A stretch of DNA of 31,982 bases, taken from contig NJBI01000039.1 of assembly GCA_005222975.1 (NCBI GenBank), forward strand, positions 1 through 31,982, read 5' to 3'. A program made the translations under genes and the position numbers. Shown here one piece after another: positions 18,184 to 27,712 of this stretch. A model generated the notes under the pieces. That model ran no database searches. It was not told the DNA's origin and saw nothing but the letters and a program-made list of their open reading frames with translations. The stretch is from Promethearchaeota archaeon Loki_b31. Lineage in GTDB: Archaea; Asgardarchaeota; Lokiarchaeia; Sigyniarchaeales; SOKP01. Each line of letters begins with the position of its first letter. Position 1 is the first letter of the stretch.

Positions 18184-18405
18184 TAATAATACCGGTATTT
18201 ACCCTAAATAGAATAAAACTCTTTATATTTATTAAAATAAGCTTTAAATAGTTAAGTCTCAGATGCCATTGGGGAAAAACACTCATTTTTAGAAGTAAAT
18301 CCATTAATTCTCAAGTTGAACTTATTGAAGTAGTTCATAAGTTTTTACAGAAAAATAAAAAAAAGAAAAAATTATAAATTTTCTAAGTAAGACTAAAAAC
18401 TTGAT

Positions 18406-18807
18406 TTATTTAAGCGAGTCTGTAAACGCTTTATAGGCGGCTTCGTCTAATAAATTGCCTTTCTCTGCGTCCCAATTTGAGGCGTCGATCTTATATAACC
18501 AAGCAGAGAAGCCATCTTCGTTAATTTTCTCAGGCTCGTCCATCAAATCGCCATTTACTTCTTTAACTGTTCCAGAGACCGGACTATATATATCTCCAAC
18601 AGCTTTACTTGACTCAACTGTGGCGTCAATTGGATCCGAGGTTGGTTCATCTCCATCCATAGTTAGCTGAGTAAGTTCAGCACCTTCAAGTGCATCAACA
18701 TCAACAAAAGAGATTTCGCCTAATTGCTCAGCTGCAAAAGGAGTAAGTCCTACTTCACCATTTTCATCATTATACCATTGATGGGTTTTAGTATACCAAA
18801 TCGTCAT
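18406..18807 (-). CDS. gcvH: glycine cleavage system H protein
   Basis: YTKTHQW, GLTPFAAEQLGEISFV, VESSKAVGDIYSPVSG (lipoyl-Lys), PEKIN. Confidence 0.92.
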   Translation of the reverse strand: MTIWYTKTHQWYNDENGEVGLTPFAAEQLGEISFVDVDALEGAELTQLTMDGDEPTSDPIDATVESSKAVGDIYSPVSGTVKEVNGDLMDEPEKINEDGFSAWLYKIDASNWDAEKGNLLDEAAYKAFTDSLK

Positions 18808-18942
18808 GTTATATTCAACTTTTTGTTTACAATTTTATAAATTTTTATAATATCGAATTTAAGTGTATGATAAAACTAATTATATAATAGATTTAAAATT
18901 TTTTTATTCAGAAAAATTTTTAAAAACAAAATAACGGTATAA

Positions 18943-19782
18943 ATGAAACATTCACTTAAGAAACAGATAGATTCATTTGTTGAATTTAAACAGTGGTATA
19001 TTAAGATACTGCAAGATTTTAATTTTAACTATCAAAAAGATTGTGAAGCGAGAGAGTTTTTATCTAGAATTTTAGAAGAAAAAAGTGAAAATTGGAAACT
19101 TGAGAGTGTGCTACTTTCTTTTAAATGCTTTATTCAAAAGAAGAAGAGAATTTTCATTTATGGATGTGGCCCTTCGCTTGAAGAAACTGTTGATTACATT
19201 CTAAAATTACAGGGCAAAAAAAATTTCAGTAAATGGGTGAATTTAGCTGCGGATGGAGCTGCTCGATTATTAACAGAAAGGAAAATTCAAATAGATGGAA
19301 TTTTTACTGACTTAGACGGTATTACTAAGCGAGAATTTAACCATTCCAAGTTTATAATAGTCCATGCTCACGGAGATAATATAATTAACCTAAAACATTT
19401 TAAGAGCGAAATAATCAACTTTCCAAATGTGATAGGAACAACCCAAGTAGACCCAGTTGAAAATCTAGTTAATTCTGGCGGCTTCACTGATGGCGACAGG
19501 ATTCTATCTTTTATATCGTCTTTACTTTTACCTAAGCACGAATTATATCTTATAGGTATGGACTTTAACGACATTATAGGCAAATATAGTAAACCAGAAA
19601 TACAAAAAAATCATAAGGCTAGTCCAATCAAGTTGAAAAAGTTACAATATGCTTTACAAATTGTTGAATGGTTATTGAACAGAATCAAAAATCCCGTGTA
19701 TATAATCAATTCGGAAATTATCTCTGATAATCTTAAAAATCTAACATTGGAAATGTTTAAAGAAAAAATTCTTGAGAATTAA
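18943..19782 (+). CDS. mptE: 6-hydroxymethyl-7,8-dihydropterin pyrophosphokinase (archaeal)
   Basis: GCGPSL, AADGA, TDLDG, VHAHGDN, GGFTDGDR, GMDF, GKYSK. Confidence 0.88.
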   Translation: MKHSLKKQIDSFVEFKQWYIKILQDFNFNYQKDCEAREFLSRILEEKSENWKLESVLLSFKCFIQKKKRIFIYGCGPSLEETVDYILKLQGKKNFSKWVNLAADGAARLLTERKIQIDGIFTDLDGITKREFNHSKFIIVHAHGDNIINLKHFKSEIINFPNVIGTTQVDPVENLVNSGGFTDGDRILSFISSLLLPKHELYLIGMDFNDIIGKYSKPEIQKNHKASPIKLKKLQYALQIVEWLLNRIKNPVYIINSEIISDNLKNLTLEMFKEKILEN

Positions 19783-19785
19783 ATT

Positions 19786-20583
19786 TCAAATTTTGTATTC
19801 CTCAATTCCGTTATTCGTAATCATATAACGCGTTTTCCTTTCAGGAAATTGATGAGAATTTATTAAATGTAGATAACCCGTCCCACTTTCTTTACGATTT
19901 AAATATAAAACTTCAGAGAAATAATGATTCAAATATCGCAATCCTACAGGGAGTTCCCTTATAATTGAGTTTTCAATAAAATTTGGAGTAACTTGAGCGG
20001 TTAAAATTGTAATTAAATTATATTTACGAGTAAGATTATTAATTTTTTCCAAAATCTTCAAAAACCTTGTTTTAGCTCGAAAAAATGATACTTCTTTATC
20101 ACTAAGCTCAAATCTATAATAATTATTGATAGTGTCAATGATAAGTATTTTTGCATTATTTTGTTTGATTACATCTTCTATCTCGTTTAATTTTAGTAAA
20201 AAAGCGGGATTACTCATGATTTTGGATACTAAAATATTCTTTAAAATCTTCTCGCTTTCAAGTTCTTGGGTTTTTGCCAATACTTTTATCCTTTCGGGGC
20301 GAAATGTGTTTTCTGTGTCTAAATAGATCAACTTAAAGGATTTATGATATGCTTGAACAGATAACTGATGACATAATTGAGTTTTTCCGGTTTTGTTCGC
20401 CCCAAAAATTATATAGGTTTTGTTTGAATGAAACCCACCACCAATAACATCGTCAATATTTTTTGAACCAGTAGAAATGCTAAATTTTTCTCGTTTAATT
20501 TTTTCGATTTCGCTAATAATCTTTTTTGTACCAATAATCAATGATTTTTTTAAATTTACCGTGCTTGATTTGTTTGATTTCAT
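19786..20583 (-). CDS. RadA/Rad51-family paralogue lacking the N-terminal HhH domain
   Basis: STGSKNIDDVIGGG, Walker A GANKTGKT, YLDTENTFRPERI, Walker B ILIID. Confidence 0.85.
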   Translation of the reverse strand: MKSNKSSTVNLKKSLIIGTKKIISEIEKIKREKFSISTGSKNIDDVIGGGFHSNKTYIIFGANKTGKTQLCHQLSVQAYHKSFKLIYLDTENTFRPERIKVLAKTQELESEKILKNILVSKIMSNPAFLLKLNEIEDVIKQNNAKILIIDTINNYYRFELSDKEVSFFRAKTRFLKILEKINNLTRKYNLITILTAQVTPNFIENSIIRELPVGLRYLNHYFSEVLYLNRKESGTGYLHLINSHQFPERKTRYMITNNGIEEYKI

Positions 20584-20776
20584 CTTATAGCTGATTAAAT
20601 TGTGTAATTACTATTAATTTCATAAATTCAAAAAACTTGGTTCTAATAATTATTAATTATTTTAGCAATAATTAAATCGTAAAATTAATTTTTGATTAAA
20701 CATAAACTATTAAATATATTAACTTTAAGATTTGTTTTTATATAATTTATTATAAAATATTTTAAGTTCTTTTAAA

Positions 20777-21385
20777 ATGGCAAAAAAAAAAGAAGTTTGT
20801 CCCTATTGTGGAAATAGTTTCGCTTACCTTAGTCGTCACAAGTGCAAAGTAAAGGAGAGGATCGAGGGTTCAGAAGAATCCGATAAGTCTGATGTTGAAA
20901 GAAGGTTAGAAAGGATCGAAGAAAGAAAGAAAGAAGGAACGCGCAGTTTAAGAAAAGATGAGAAAATGGTTCTTAGAATTATTAATCAAGAAAGAGATAT
21001 TTTTTTTCATAAGTTATTAGAGCTTACAAACAAAAAGCGAATGGAACTCGATAAAATCTTAGGCACTCTATATTTACAAGATAAAATTGACGTAAATCGC
21101 GAATTATTGGAAGCTTCTTGGGTAAAGCGTATTACTATAATTGAAAAAATTGATGTTAAAGTAAAAGATATTAATGTTAACCAAAATAATAATGATTTTA
21201 TTTTAGATATTTTTTCACATCAACCATGTTTAACTTGTCCCTTTACGGGTAAATGTAATAACACAAATCTCGACCAATTTAATCCATTGCATTGTCCTTG
21301 GTTAACTCAATGGGTTAAAACATCCATAGACGGACAAATCTACAAAGCAAATTTTGAAGAAATACAATCAGAATCGCTAGAATAA
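20777..21385 (+). CDS. TFE-beta / RNA polymerase III C34 (Rpc34)-like protein with an N-terminal Zn finger
   Basis: C-terminal PCLTCPFTGKC...NPLHCPWLTQW matches the C34 FeS motif; central wHTH-like segment; N-terminal CPYC...RHKC. Confidence 0.75.
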   Translation: MAKKKEVCPYCGNSFAYLSRHKCKVKERIEGSEESDKSDVERRLERIEERKKEGTRSLRKDEKMVLRIINQERDIFFHKLLELTNKKRMELDKILGTLYLQDKIDVNRELLEASWVKRITIIEKIDVKVKDINVNQNNNDFILDIFSHQPCLTCPFTGKCNNTNLDQFNPLHCPWLTQWVKTSIDGQIYKANFEEIQSESLE

Positions 21386-22030
21386 TTATTTTTTCTTTAA
21401 CCCAATTAGATAGATTTCATTACTCTTTTTGTTAGATGATTTTGGTTTTAGGCTTTTAACGATCGTAAAGTTTTGCTTCATTTTTTTGTAAAAATCATCA
21501 TAATCAGCCCCTTGAAATACTTTTATTACGAAGTTTCCCTTAAATTTTAAAAATTTTGTAAGTTCAAGAATTTTATAACAGAGTTTTATTTGCATGGCTT
21601 GATCACTAAATTTATTACCTGATTTTTTGATACTGGCGTCAGATAAGATAAGATCTAGTTTTTCTCCTTCGAAGTATTTTTTAACTTCAATTTGAAACTC
21701 AGGTGTAGTAAAATCCATTCGAACTGTATTAATATTTTCAATAGGCGTTATATTTTTTATATCTATACCCATAATTTTATAATGATCTCGGTGATAATAT
21801 TTATCGTTATATTTCAATAAATTTTCTTCAGCAAATTTCTTCGCAACTTGAAGCCATGAACCCGGGGTGCTACCCAAATCCAATATATAAAAAGCCCTTT
21901 TAAAAAGGTTGAATCTTTTTTGTAAGTCAAGTAATTTAAACGCTGAGCGGGCTCTATATCCTTTACGTTTAGCTTGTTTATACACGGCGTCTTTCTTATG
22001 TTCTTCTGCTGCCTTTGGCATGGTCCACAT
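21386..22030 (-). CDS. rlmE: RlmE/FtsJ-family rRNA 2'-O-methyltransferase
   Basis: YRARSAFKL, LDLGSTPGSW, ILSD, IKVFQG, KPxSS..SxEIY (K-D-K-E tetrad); start may be 22021. Confidence 0.9.
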   Translation of the reverse strand: MWTMPKAAEEHKKDAVYKQAKRKGYRARSAFKLLDLQKRFNLFKRAFYILDLGSTPGSWLQVAKKFAEENLLKYNDKYYHRDHYKIMGIDIKNITPIENINTVRMDFTTPEFQIEVKKYFEGEKLDLILSDASIKKSGNKFSDQAMQIKLCYKILELTKFLKFKGNFVIKVFQGADYDDFYKKMKQNFTIVKSLKPKSSNKKSNEIYLIGLKKK

Positions 22031-22036
22031 TCCTAT

Positions 22037-23287
22037 TTAATTTATTATATTTTTTAATATATTTTTTAACGCATTAATTCCCATATTTGTTTTAATTGAT
22101 ATAAAATCAAAATGAGTTCTTGATGCTGAATAACCACTTTCGCCAATTGCTTCAATTAATTTTTCGATTTTGGGAATTGATGGGAGCTTTAATTGTTGAC
22201 ATAATTTATGTATGTTATAATAAGAAACGGGCATACCTATTTCATCTAATGCGTATCCAAAAATTTTTCTTATTCTATTTTTACTCTTAAAATTGAATTT
22301 TTCATTTAATTGAATTATTTCTTCAAGAAAATATCCTTTATGTAATTCTTTAATCCATAGGGGGCCAGAATATGATAATGGTTCTTCCTTTAAGCATGAT
22401 GGGCATTTTTGAGGAATCGTTAAAATATCGTTTAAAACAGACGAACGATACCCGCAATTGTTACAATGGATAATATATCCATAACTATTTGATAAGTCCT
22501 TAGAAATCTTCGCCTTGCTTTTATATGTAAGAGCAAAAATTCTTATGAAGTGATTAGAATAAAAAGTTAACAACGGAATTATTCCTAAATTGTTAACATT
22601 AGCGATTCTTGAAATATAATATATTAGTATCCTTGCTCCAATTTCTTTACAATATTCCGTGTGAAGTGGTTTAGACATGTACTTTCTAATACAAGCCGTT
22701 GGTTTTACTCCAAATAATACTGCGGTATCCGTGGCCGTTACACATAACAATCCATTTTCTTTTTTAATCGATTTAAATGCAGAATCAATATATATGTTTG
22801 GAGTGCCAAAAGGATCAATTGAGATTACATTGGGGCTTTCAATCTTTCTTTCTCCAATTACGCACGATTTTTGCGCGATTTCTATGCATAATAAATTGGC
22901 ATCTTTGTTTGAAGAAAAGATTTGAGTATTTTTTTCTAAATCGTTTAGCTTTAAATTTCTTTTAATAAGTTTTACGGCTATCGGGTTAATATCGTTAATA
23001 AATATTTTTTTAAAGTTATTGGAAGCTTTTAACAATCTAATAGAGCCTATGCCCGAAGCAGCCATACAATCTACCATTACCAACGAATCTCGATTAATCA
23101 GTTTATTATAAGTTAGTATAGCTAAGATTGAAATATCTCGATTTATTTCCATTCTTTCATTATAAAAAACACCCATTGATTTGGAAGGTATACTATCATT
23201 GTCATTCTTATATAAATAGAATTCTACAGAACCTTCTTGTTTTTTGACATATTTGTTATTATTTAGGTTGAGATTTCCAATCTTCAT
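22037..23287 (-). CDS. trm1: tRNA (guanine26-N2,N2)-dimethyltransferase
   Basis: VFYNERMEINRD, AASGIGSIR, NDIN, IDPFGTP, TATDTA, CxxC pairs, GPLW, SRTHF. Confidence 0.94.
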   Translation of the reverse strand: MKIGNLNLNNNKYVKKQEGSVEFYLYKNDNDSIPSKSMGVFYNERMEINRDISILAILTYNKLINRDSLVMVDCMAASGIGSIRLLKASNNFKKIFINDINPIAVKLIKRNLKLNDLEKNTQIFSSNKDANLLCIEIAQKSCVIGERKIESPNVISIDPFGTPNIYIDSAFKSIKKENGLLCVTATDTAVLFGVKPTACIRKYMSKPLHTEYCKEIGARILIYYISRIANVNNLGIIPLLTFYSNHFIRIFALTYKSKAKISKDLSNSYGYIIHCNNCGYRSSVLNDILTIPQKCPSCLKEEPLSYSGPLWIKELHKGYFLEEIIQLNEKFNFKSKNRIRKIFGYALDEIGMPVSYYNIHKLCQQLKLPSIPKIEKLIEAIGESGYSASRTHFDFISIKTNMGINALKNILKNIIN

Positions 23288-23345
23288 ATTAGATTAGTCA
23301 TTTTGCTCAAGTTAATTAATAAATTAGACAAAATTATATACTCTT

Positions 23346-24338
23346 TTAGAGCGAAAAAAAGAGGTTAACAGGTATTGCACTCCCTAGCAAACCACCAGAA
23401 GTCATATCATGTATCTTATTCACATTAGTCTTAGTTAAGGGCTCAATATGTTCAATCTTTTTCACTTTGTTAGGGTCTTCAGTACCTCCAATAATTAAAA
23501 ATTCTCCGTTTAAAGTTTTGATGATAAAAGCTAACGGAAGCCACTCATAATATACGCGAATTTTTGGTTTTGGTGAAGGAAAGTATGAATAAATCCCACC
23601 ATAAGTTATTATTGCATGGAAATCACCAACAAAGCTTCCACTATAGCGATTTTTAAAATGATGATTAATTAATACTTGTTCATAAGCCCTACATTTATCT
23701 GACCATTCCGTAGAATCACCTCCAAGACATCTAATGCCCCCCTCTTCTTTGTTGGGCAAAGACTTTAATTCTTGAAAGACATAATGGTAAAAAGTCATGC
23801 TATAAGGTGATGTATCTAAAATGAATTCAGCAACTTGTCCATTAAGCGCTAAGATTAAGTTAGTATAAATCCCATAAAGTACATAGAAACTACATACAAT
23901 GCGCCCCGCCCCGTCATAAATTCCCACAATCGTCCCAACAGTTCTATTTACTATAACATTTGAAGAGCCATCAACAGGATCGATCGTTATACCAAACTTT
24001 CCGTCGCTTAAAACAGGCTCTGCTTCTTCAGAAGCAACAAAAAGAAAATCTGTATCGCTTTCTTGAAGTGCTTTTAATATTATACTGTGCGTTAATACAT
24101 CTTCGTGAATTTGGGATTCGCCGTAAACATTTTTTGTCTTTTCTTTTACCTTTTCAATATTCATTCTCTGCTCAATTTCGCGAGAGGTGATGCCCTTTTC
24201 CAATAACCCGCGGATAGGGATGGTTGCTTCAGCAATAATTTCTATAATTTCTATTAAATCGCCTTTATTTGAAAAATAGTGAGGGATGTTTTTATCCAAC
24301 CATTTTGACAATTTCACATTTTCTCTTTTCTCGCTCAT
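23346..24338 (-). CDS. fbp: fructose-1,6-bisphosphatase, class I (divergent)
   Basis: NVYGESQ..D, SEE, DPVDGSSN, GTIVGIY, RYSGSFVGDFH, GGIYSY, KIRVYYE. Confidence 0.85.
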   Translation of the reverse strand: MSEKRENVKLSKWLDKNIPHYFSNKGDLIEIIEIIAEATIPIRGLLEKGITSREIEQRMNIEKVKEKTKNVYGESQIHEDVLTHSIILKALQESDTDFLFVASEEAEPVLSDGKFGITIDPVDGSSNVIVNRTVGTIVGIYDGAGRIVCSFYVLYGIYTNLILALNGQVAEFILDTSPYSMTFYHYVFQELKSLPNKEEGGIRCLGGDSTEWSDKCRAYEQVLINHHFKNRYSGSFVGDFHAIITYGGIYSYFPSPKPKIRVYYEWLPLAFIIKTLNGEFLIIGGTEDPNKVKKIEHIEPLTKTNVNKIHDMTSGGLLGSAIPVNLFFSL

Positions 24339-24436
24339 TATAACGACTTATTTGGGGTATATTTCTAAACTCAACTGTTCGAAGTAAAATAATGAGCTAT
24401 TATTCATAATCTTTTATATTTTTATTATGATTTGTT

Positions 24437-24478
24437 GCAAATCTCATCCCTCACCTAAAGGAGGGGAGTTTCTTTTGC
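24437..24478. mobile_element. orphan IS200/IS605-type terminal hairpin (REP/PATE-like remnant)
   Basis: GC-rich imperfect palindrome GCAAATCTCATCCCTCACCTAAAGGAGGGGAGTTTCTTTTGC in an AT-rich spacer; resembles IS200/IS605 ends as I recall them. Confidence 0.55.
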
Positions 24479-24605
24479 TTTAATGGTAAAAAGTTAAATA
24501 AGAAATGTGTGTTTCTAAAGAGAATATCAATAGTTACATTTAAAATTTTCAAAGAATATTTAATTGAAATAGGGATTATTAGATTTTTAAATAAATCTCT
24601 TCATT

Positions 24606-25304
24606 TTATTCTTCTTTAAAACCTTGTTTATTTAATATAGAATAAAATACAAGCGAATTCTTACTTTTTCCTTTCATTAAAAAAAACTTACGGTGGTTTA
24701 ATTTATCCGTTCGTTCAATTTTGATAGATCTTTTTACCCAATATTCCATAACATTACCGCCGCGTTCCACTTCATAAGTTTGGCCCTCTTGAGTTTTTCT
24801 GCTAAGTTCATTTACAATTAAAACATCAATGTGATATTTTTTATTTAAAAAAGTTAAGCTAGCTAGCATTTGATTTAACTTATAATTCAGAATGAAATTT
24901 TTTCCTTTTTTATCTCGTTGTAATTCTAATCCATATAAATCGGTTATTGAATCAATTATAACTAAATTATAAGTTCTATCACCGTTTTTTAAATCATCAA
25001 TAATAATAAATTCTAAAATAAAAACAAGTTTATATAAATCTTCAAAAGTTATTGGCTTACTAAACAATATATTATTCAATACTTCATTTAAATCGTTTTC
25101 AATAACAGAATCAATTTTAATGTAAGGGAAATTTGGTTTGCTATATATATAAATTACCTTAGAGCCACTTAACGCGTTATTATAAGCTGTTTGGAGCGCT
25201 AAGGTGGTTTTTCCCACTCCAAACTGGCCCCATAATGAAGTTATTCCCTCTTTGGTATCGGTAGGTTTAAAGAACTCATTTACTTTAGTTAGGGGAAATT
25301 TCAT
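24606..25304 (-). CDS. RadB-like RecA-family ATPase
   Basis: Walker A GQFGVGKT, Walker B LVIIDS, GGNVMEYWVK; short, core domain only. Confidence 0.8.
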   Translation of the reverse strand: MKFPLTKVNEFFKPTDTKEGITSLWGQFGVGKTTLALQTAYNNALSGSKVIYIYSKPNFPYIKIDSVIENDLNEVLNNILFSKPITFEDLYKLVFILEFIIIDDLKNGDRTYNLVIIDSITDLYGLELQRDKKGKNFILNYKLNQMLASLTFLNKKYHIDVLIVNELSRKTQEGQTYEVERGGNVMEYWVKRSIKIERTDKLNHRKFFLMKGKSKNSLVFYSILNKQGFKEE

Positions 25305-25587
25305 AATTAGAAATTTTTAATTGGTTCTGACTAAGCGTCATATTTTTTTATAATTAAATAACTACTTCTTCATCTAAATACCATTCTATTTTCCCCGATA
25401 ATTGTGTGTGTAACCTTCCAAGGGGGCGTTCTTTTTTCAGCAGGTTATTTCCAGACTTAAACGGTTGTTTAAACTTTTGATTATAAAGTCCACGAAACGA
25501 AGGATGACAATTTTGTCATTTTTTCTTTAAATACTCAGTGAAATATTAATTTGCAATTAAAAAACAACAAAAAAAAAAATCAATTGA

Positions 25588-26667
25588 TTGATGATGTTGA
25601 TAAGTAGTAAATTAAGAATTAGAAAAATACTAAGGAAGAGTTTAAAAAATCCTTTTGAAAAAGCGATAGTTAGAACTGAATTCTGGATAAACCAGTTTAT
25701 AACGCTCAGATTAATGGATTTTGGAGAAGGTACAGAAATAACTCTTATTTGTGTTAATGGAAAACGTTTCAATGTTTTTATATTCTCGTTAGAAGAAGCT
25801 TATGAGATATTGCGTGATACTAATACTTACTGTTGTATGGACGAGGCATATAGAGATCTAATTGTGAACATCAAAGGCAATTTCTTCAATGTAGATTCGG
25901 ATACTATATTTTGGAATTATTGCGATTACATTAAGGCTTGGATAGACCATGATTACGATACGAGATTACTTCTTAAGGACGACGCCTTTCCAATTTTGAA
26001 AGCGTTGTATGAAGCGAGGGGGACTAAAGCAAGGGAAGTTTTTAAGCTTGAGATTATTAAAAGGTTTTTGAGCGGATACTTTCCCGTAATAACATATTTA
26101 ATATCAGAGGGTTATCTAAAATACTTTGAGTTTGGAGAGATTATTTGTCTATTAGAAGAATGTATAGAAATTGTAGGATCCCACAATTATAGTGCATTAA
26201 AAACGCAAATTTTTTGGTTTCTAAGGGATACTGGGAATAATTACTATTACAATGAAAATTTTGAAAAAGCTATTAAATATCTTAACGATGCGTTAGAATT
26301 CTGCCCTACTGATATTGAAACTTTAAATCAACTTAGTGAAGTTTATCTTAGGAGAGATGAATATGAATTAGCAAGAGCCTTATTTGAAATTGCTATAATG
26401 CTTCCCATTTCTGATGGTATTTTTTCTAAAATTTGCAAACGTAAAGCGTTGTATAATCTCGGTATAATGTATAATCGATTACATTTGTTCAATAAGGCGA
26501 TAACCGCTTACAATAAGGCTACGGATATAGATTGGGATCTCGTGAATACATGGGACCAGATTGCTATTGCATACAAAGGAAAGGGAGATCTTAAACGAGC
26601 AAAAAAAGCGCAAAAGAGTTTTAAAAAGAAGGAGAATAAAATGAATAAAAAGATCCGTTTTGAATAA
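25588..26667 (+). CDS. TPR-containing protein with an uncharacterised N-terminal domain
   Basis: About four TPRs (GNNYYYNENFEKAIKYLNDALEFCP; ALYNLGIMY...KAITAYNKA); start codon uncertain. Confidence 0.8.
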   Translation: MMMLISSKLRIRKILRKSLKNPFEKAIVRTEFWINQFITLRLMDFGEGTEITLICVNGKRFNVFIFSLEEAYEILRDTNTYCCMDEAYRDLIVNIKGNFFNVDSDTIFWNYCDYIKAWIDHDYDTRLLLKDDAFPILKALYEARGTKAREVFKLEIIKRFLSGYFPVITYLISEGYLKYFEFGEIICLLEECIEIVGSHNYSALKTQIFWFLRDTGNNYYYNENFEKAIKYLNDALEFCPTDIETLNQLSEVYLRRDEYELARALFEIAIMLPISDGIFSKICKRKALYNLGIMYNRLHLFNKAITAYNKATDIDWDLVNTWDQIAIAYKGKGDLKRAKKAQKSFKKKENKMNKKIRFE

Positions 26668-26687
26668 TAACTGTAAAAATTATTATA

Positions 26688-27584
26688 TTGAGTGAGAAAA
26701 GAATTATGATAGAAGGTGTGAACGAAACAGAAGTAAAAAACTCCAAAATTCCAGATGGTTTTAATTTTGACAATTTAATTGCTACAGTGTTAGTTCAAAT
26801 GCCGCTTTTATTATATTTTGTATGTAGAAGAGGGTCATGGGTACACAAAAATAACCGAGGAAAAAAGCATCCTCCACTGGATCCACGAGGAATTATCATT
26901 GATAGAGAAATTGACTGTAGATTTTTTGCAAAATTTCAGTTAAATAATAGCAAGAAGGATTCTCATTTAGTTAGAGTTATGTCTAGAAAGAAATGGAAGA
27001 AATCAATGCATGCTATGCCCGCAAAGTATTGCGAACTTGCTACATTAGGAAAAAAGCTTTATTTATACTTAAAACGTAAGGGAATGGTCCAATACATTGA
27101 AAATAATTATTCGACTGGAAATAATAAAGATTTTGTGAATAAATTTGTAGCAAAGTTTAATTTAAAACTTCCAGAAGACGGTGAAATCGAAAAAATAAAT
27201 AAGAACCAAAGAAAAAGAATTAAGTCTCATCGTCAGGAAAGAAACGGTGATTCGTTGTTAAGAGAAGATGACCCTGAAGAAGAAATTAACAATTTTTCTT
27301 TAGCTATTTCAAATGTAAAGTTTCAAGATTTCTCTATGATGAATAAATTTTCTAGATCTCTCTATGATGAAGTAATAGAAACCTATAACTTTTCAGATAA
27401 TCAGGTCCTCGCGCTATTATCAGAAGAATATCAGACTATTCTGGATATAATTAAAAATCATCGAATAACAAGCATGGGACACACGATTGCGATAAAGGCA
27501 AAACTGATTGAATTAAATAACTTAAAAATAATTGAAGAGGATTTAATAAATGGCAGTAAAGCTTGGAGGTTAAAGAATTATTAA
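26688..27584 (+). CDS. hypothetical basic protein, possible C-terminal winged helix
   Basis: 298-aa ORF ending AIKAKLIELNNLKIIEEDLINGSKAWRL (helix plus wing-like); start may be ATG 26706. Confidence 0.65.
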   Translation: MSEKRIMIEGVNETEVKNSKIPDGFNFDNLIATVLVQMPLLLYFVCRRGSWVHKNNRGKKHPPLDPRGIIIDREIDCRFFAKFQLNNSKKDSHLVRVMSRKKWKKSMHAMPAKYCELATLGKKLYLYLKRKGMVQYIENNYSTGNNKDFVNKFVAKFNLKLPEDGEIEKINKNQRKRIKSHRQERNGDSLLREDDPEEEINNFSLAISNVKFQDFSMMNKFSRSLYDEVIETYNFSDNQVLALLSEEYQTILDIIKNHRITSMGHTIAIKAKLIELNNLKIIEEDLINGSKAWRLKNY

Positions 27585-27712
27585 ATCTAATAATCTAATA
27601 CGTATAAAAGGTGAAAAAAAGAACGATTAAATTTTTTATTTAAATATACCAGATTTTTTAGGGTTTATTAATAGTAAAATTAATTGAAAAAAAATTAAAA
27701 TGGTGCTGTAAT

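Noticed and set aside
18240-18345. Possible small RNA (TATA-like TTTAAATA, hairpin AACTTA-T-TGAA-GTAG-TTCA-TAAGTT)
   Set aside because: Single AT-rich hairpin with no C/D or H/ACA boxes; insufficient support
18620-18670. Insertion in GcvH (and a similar one in RlmE) as an in-frame intron
   Set aside because: No BHB was evident and the inserts read as ordinary protein loops; not tested exhaustively
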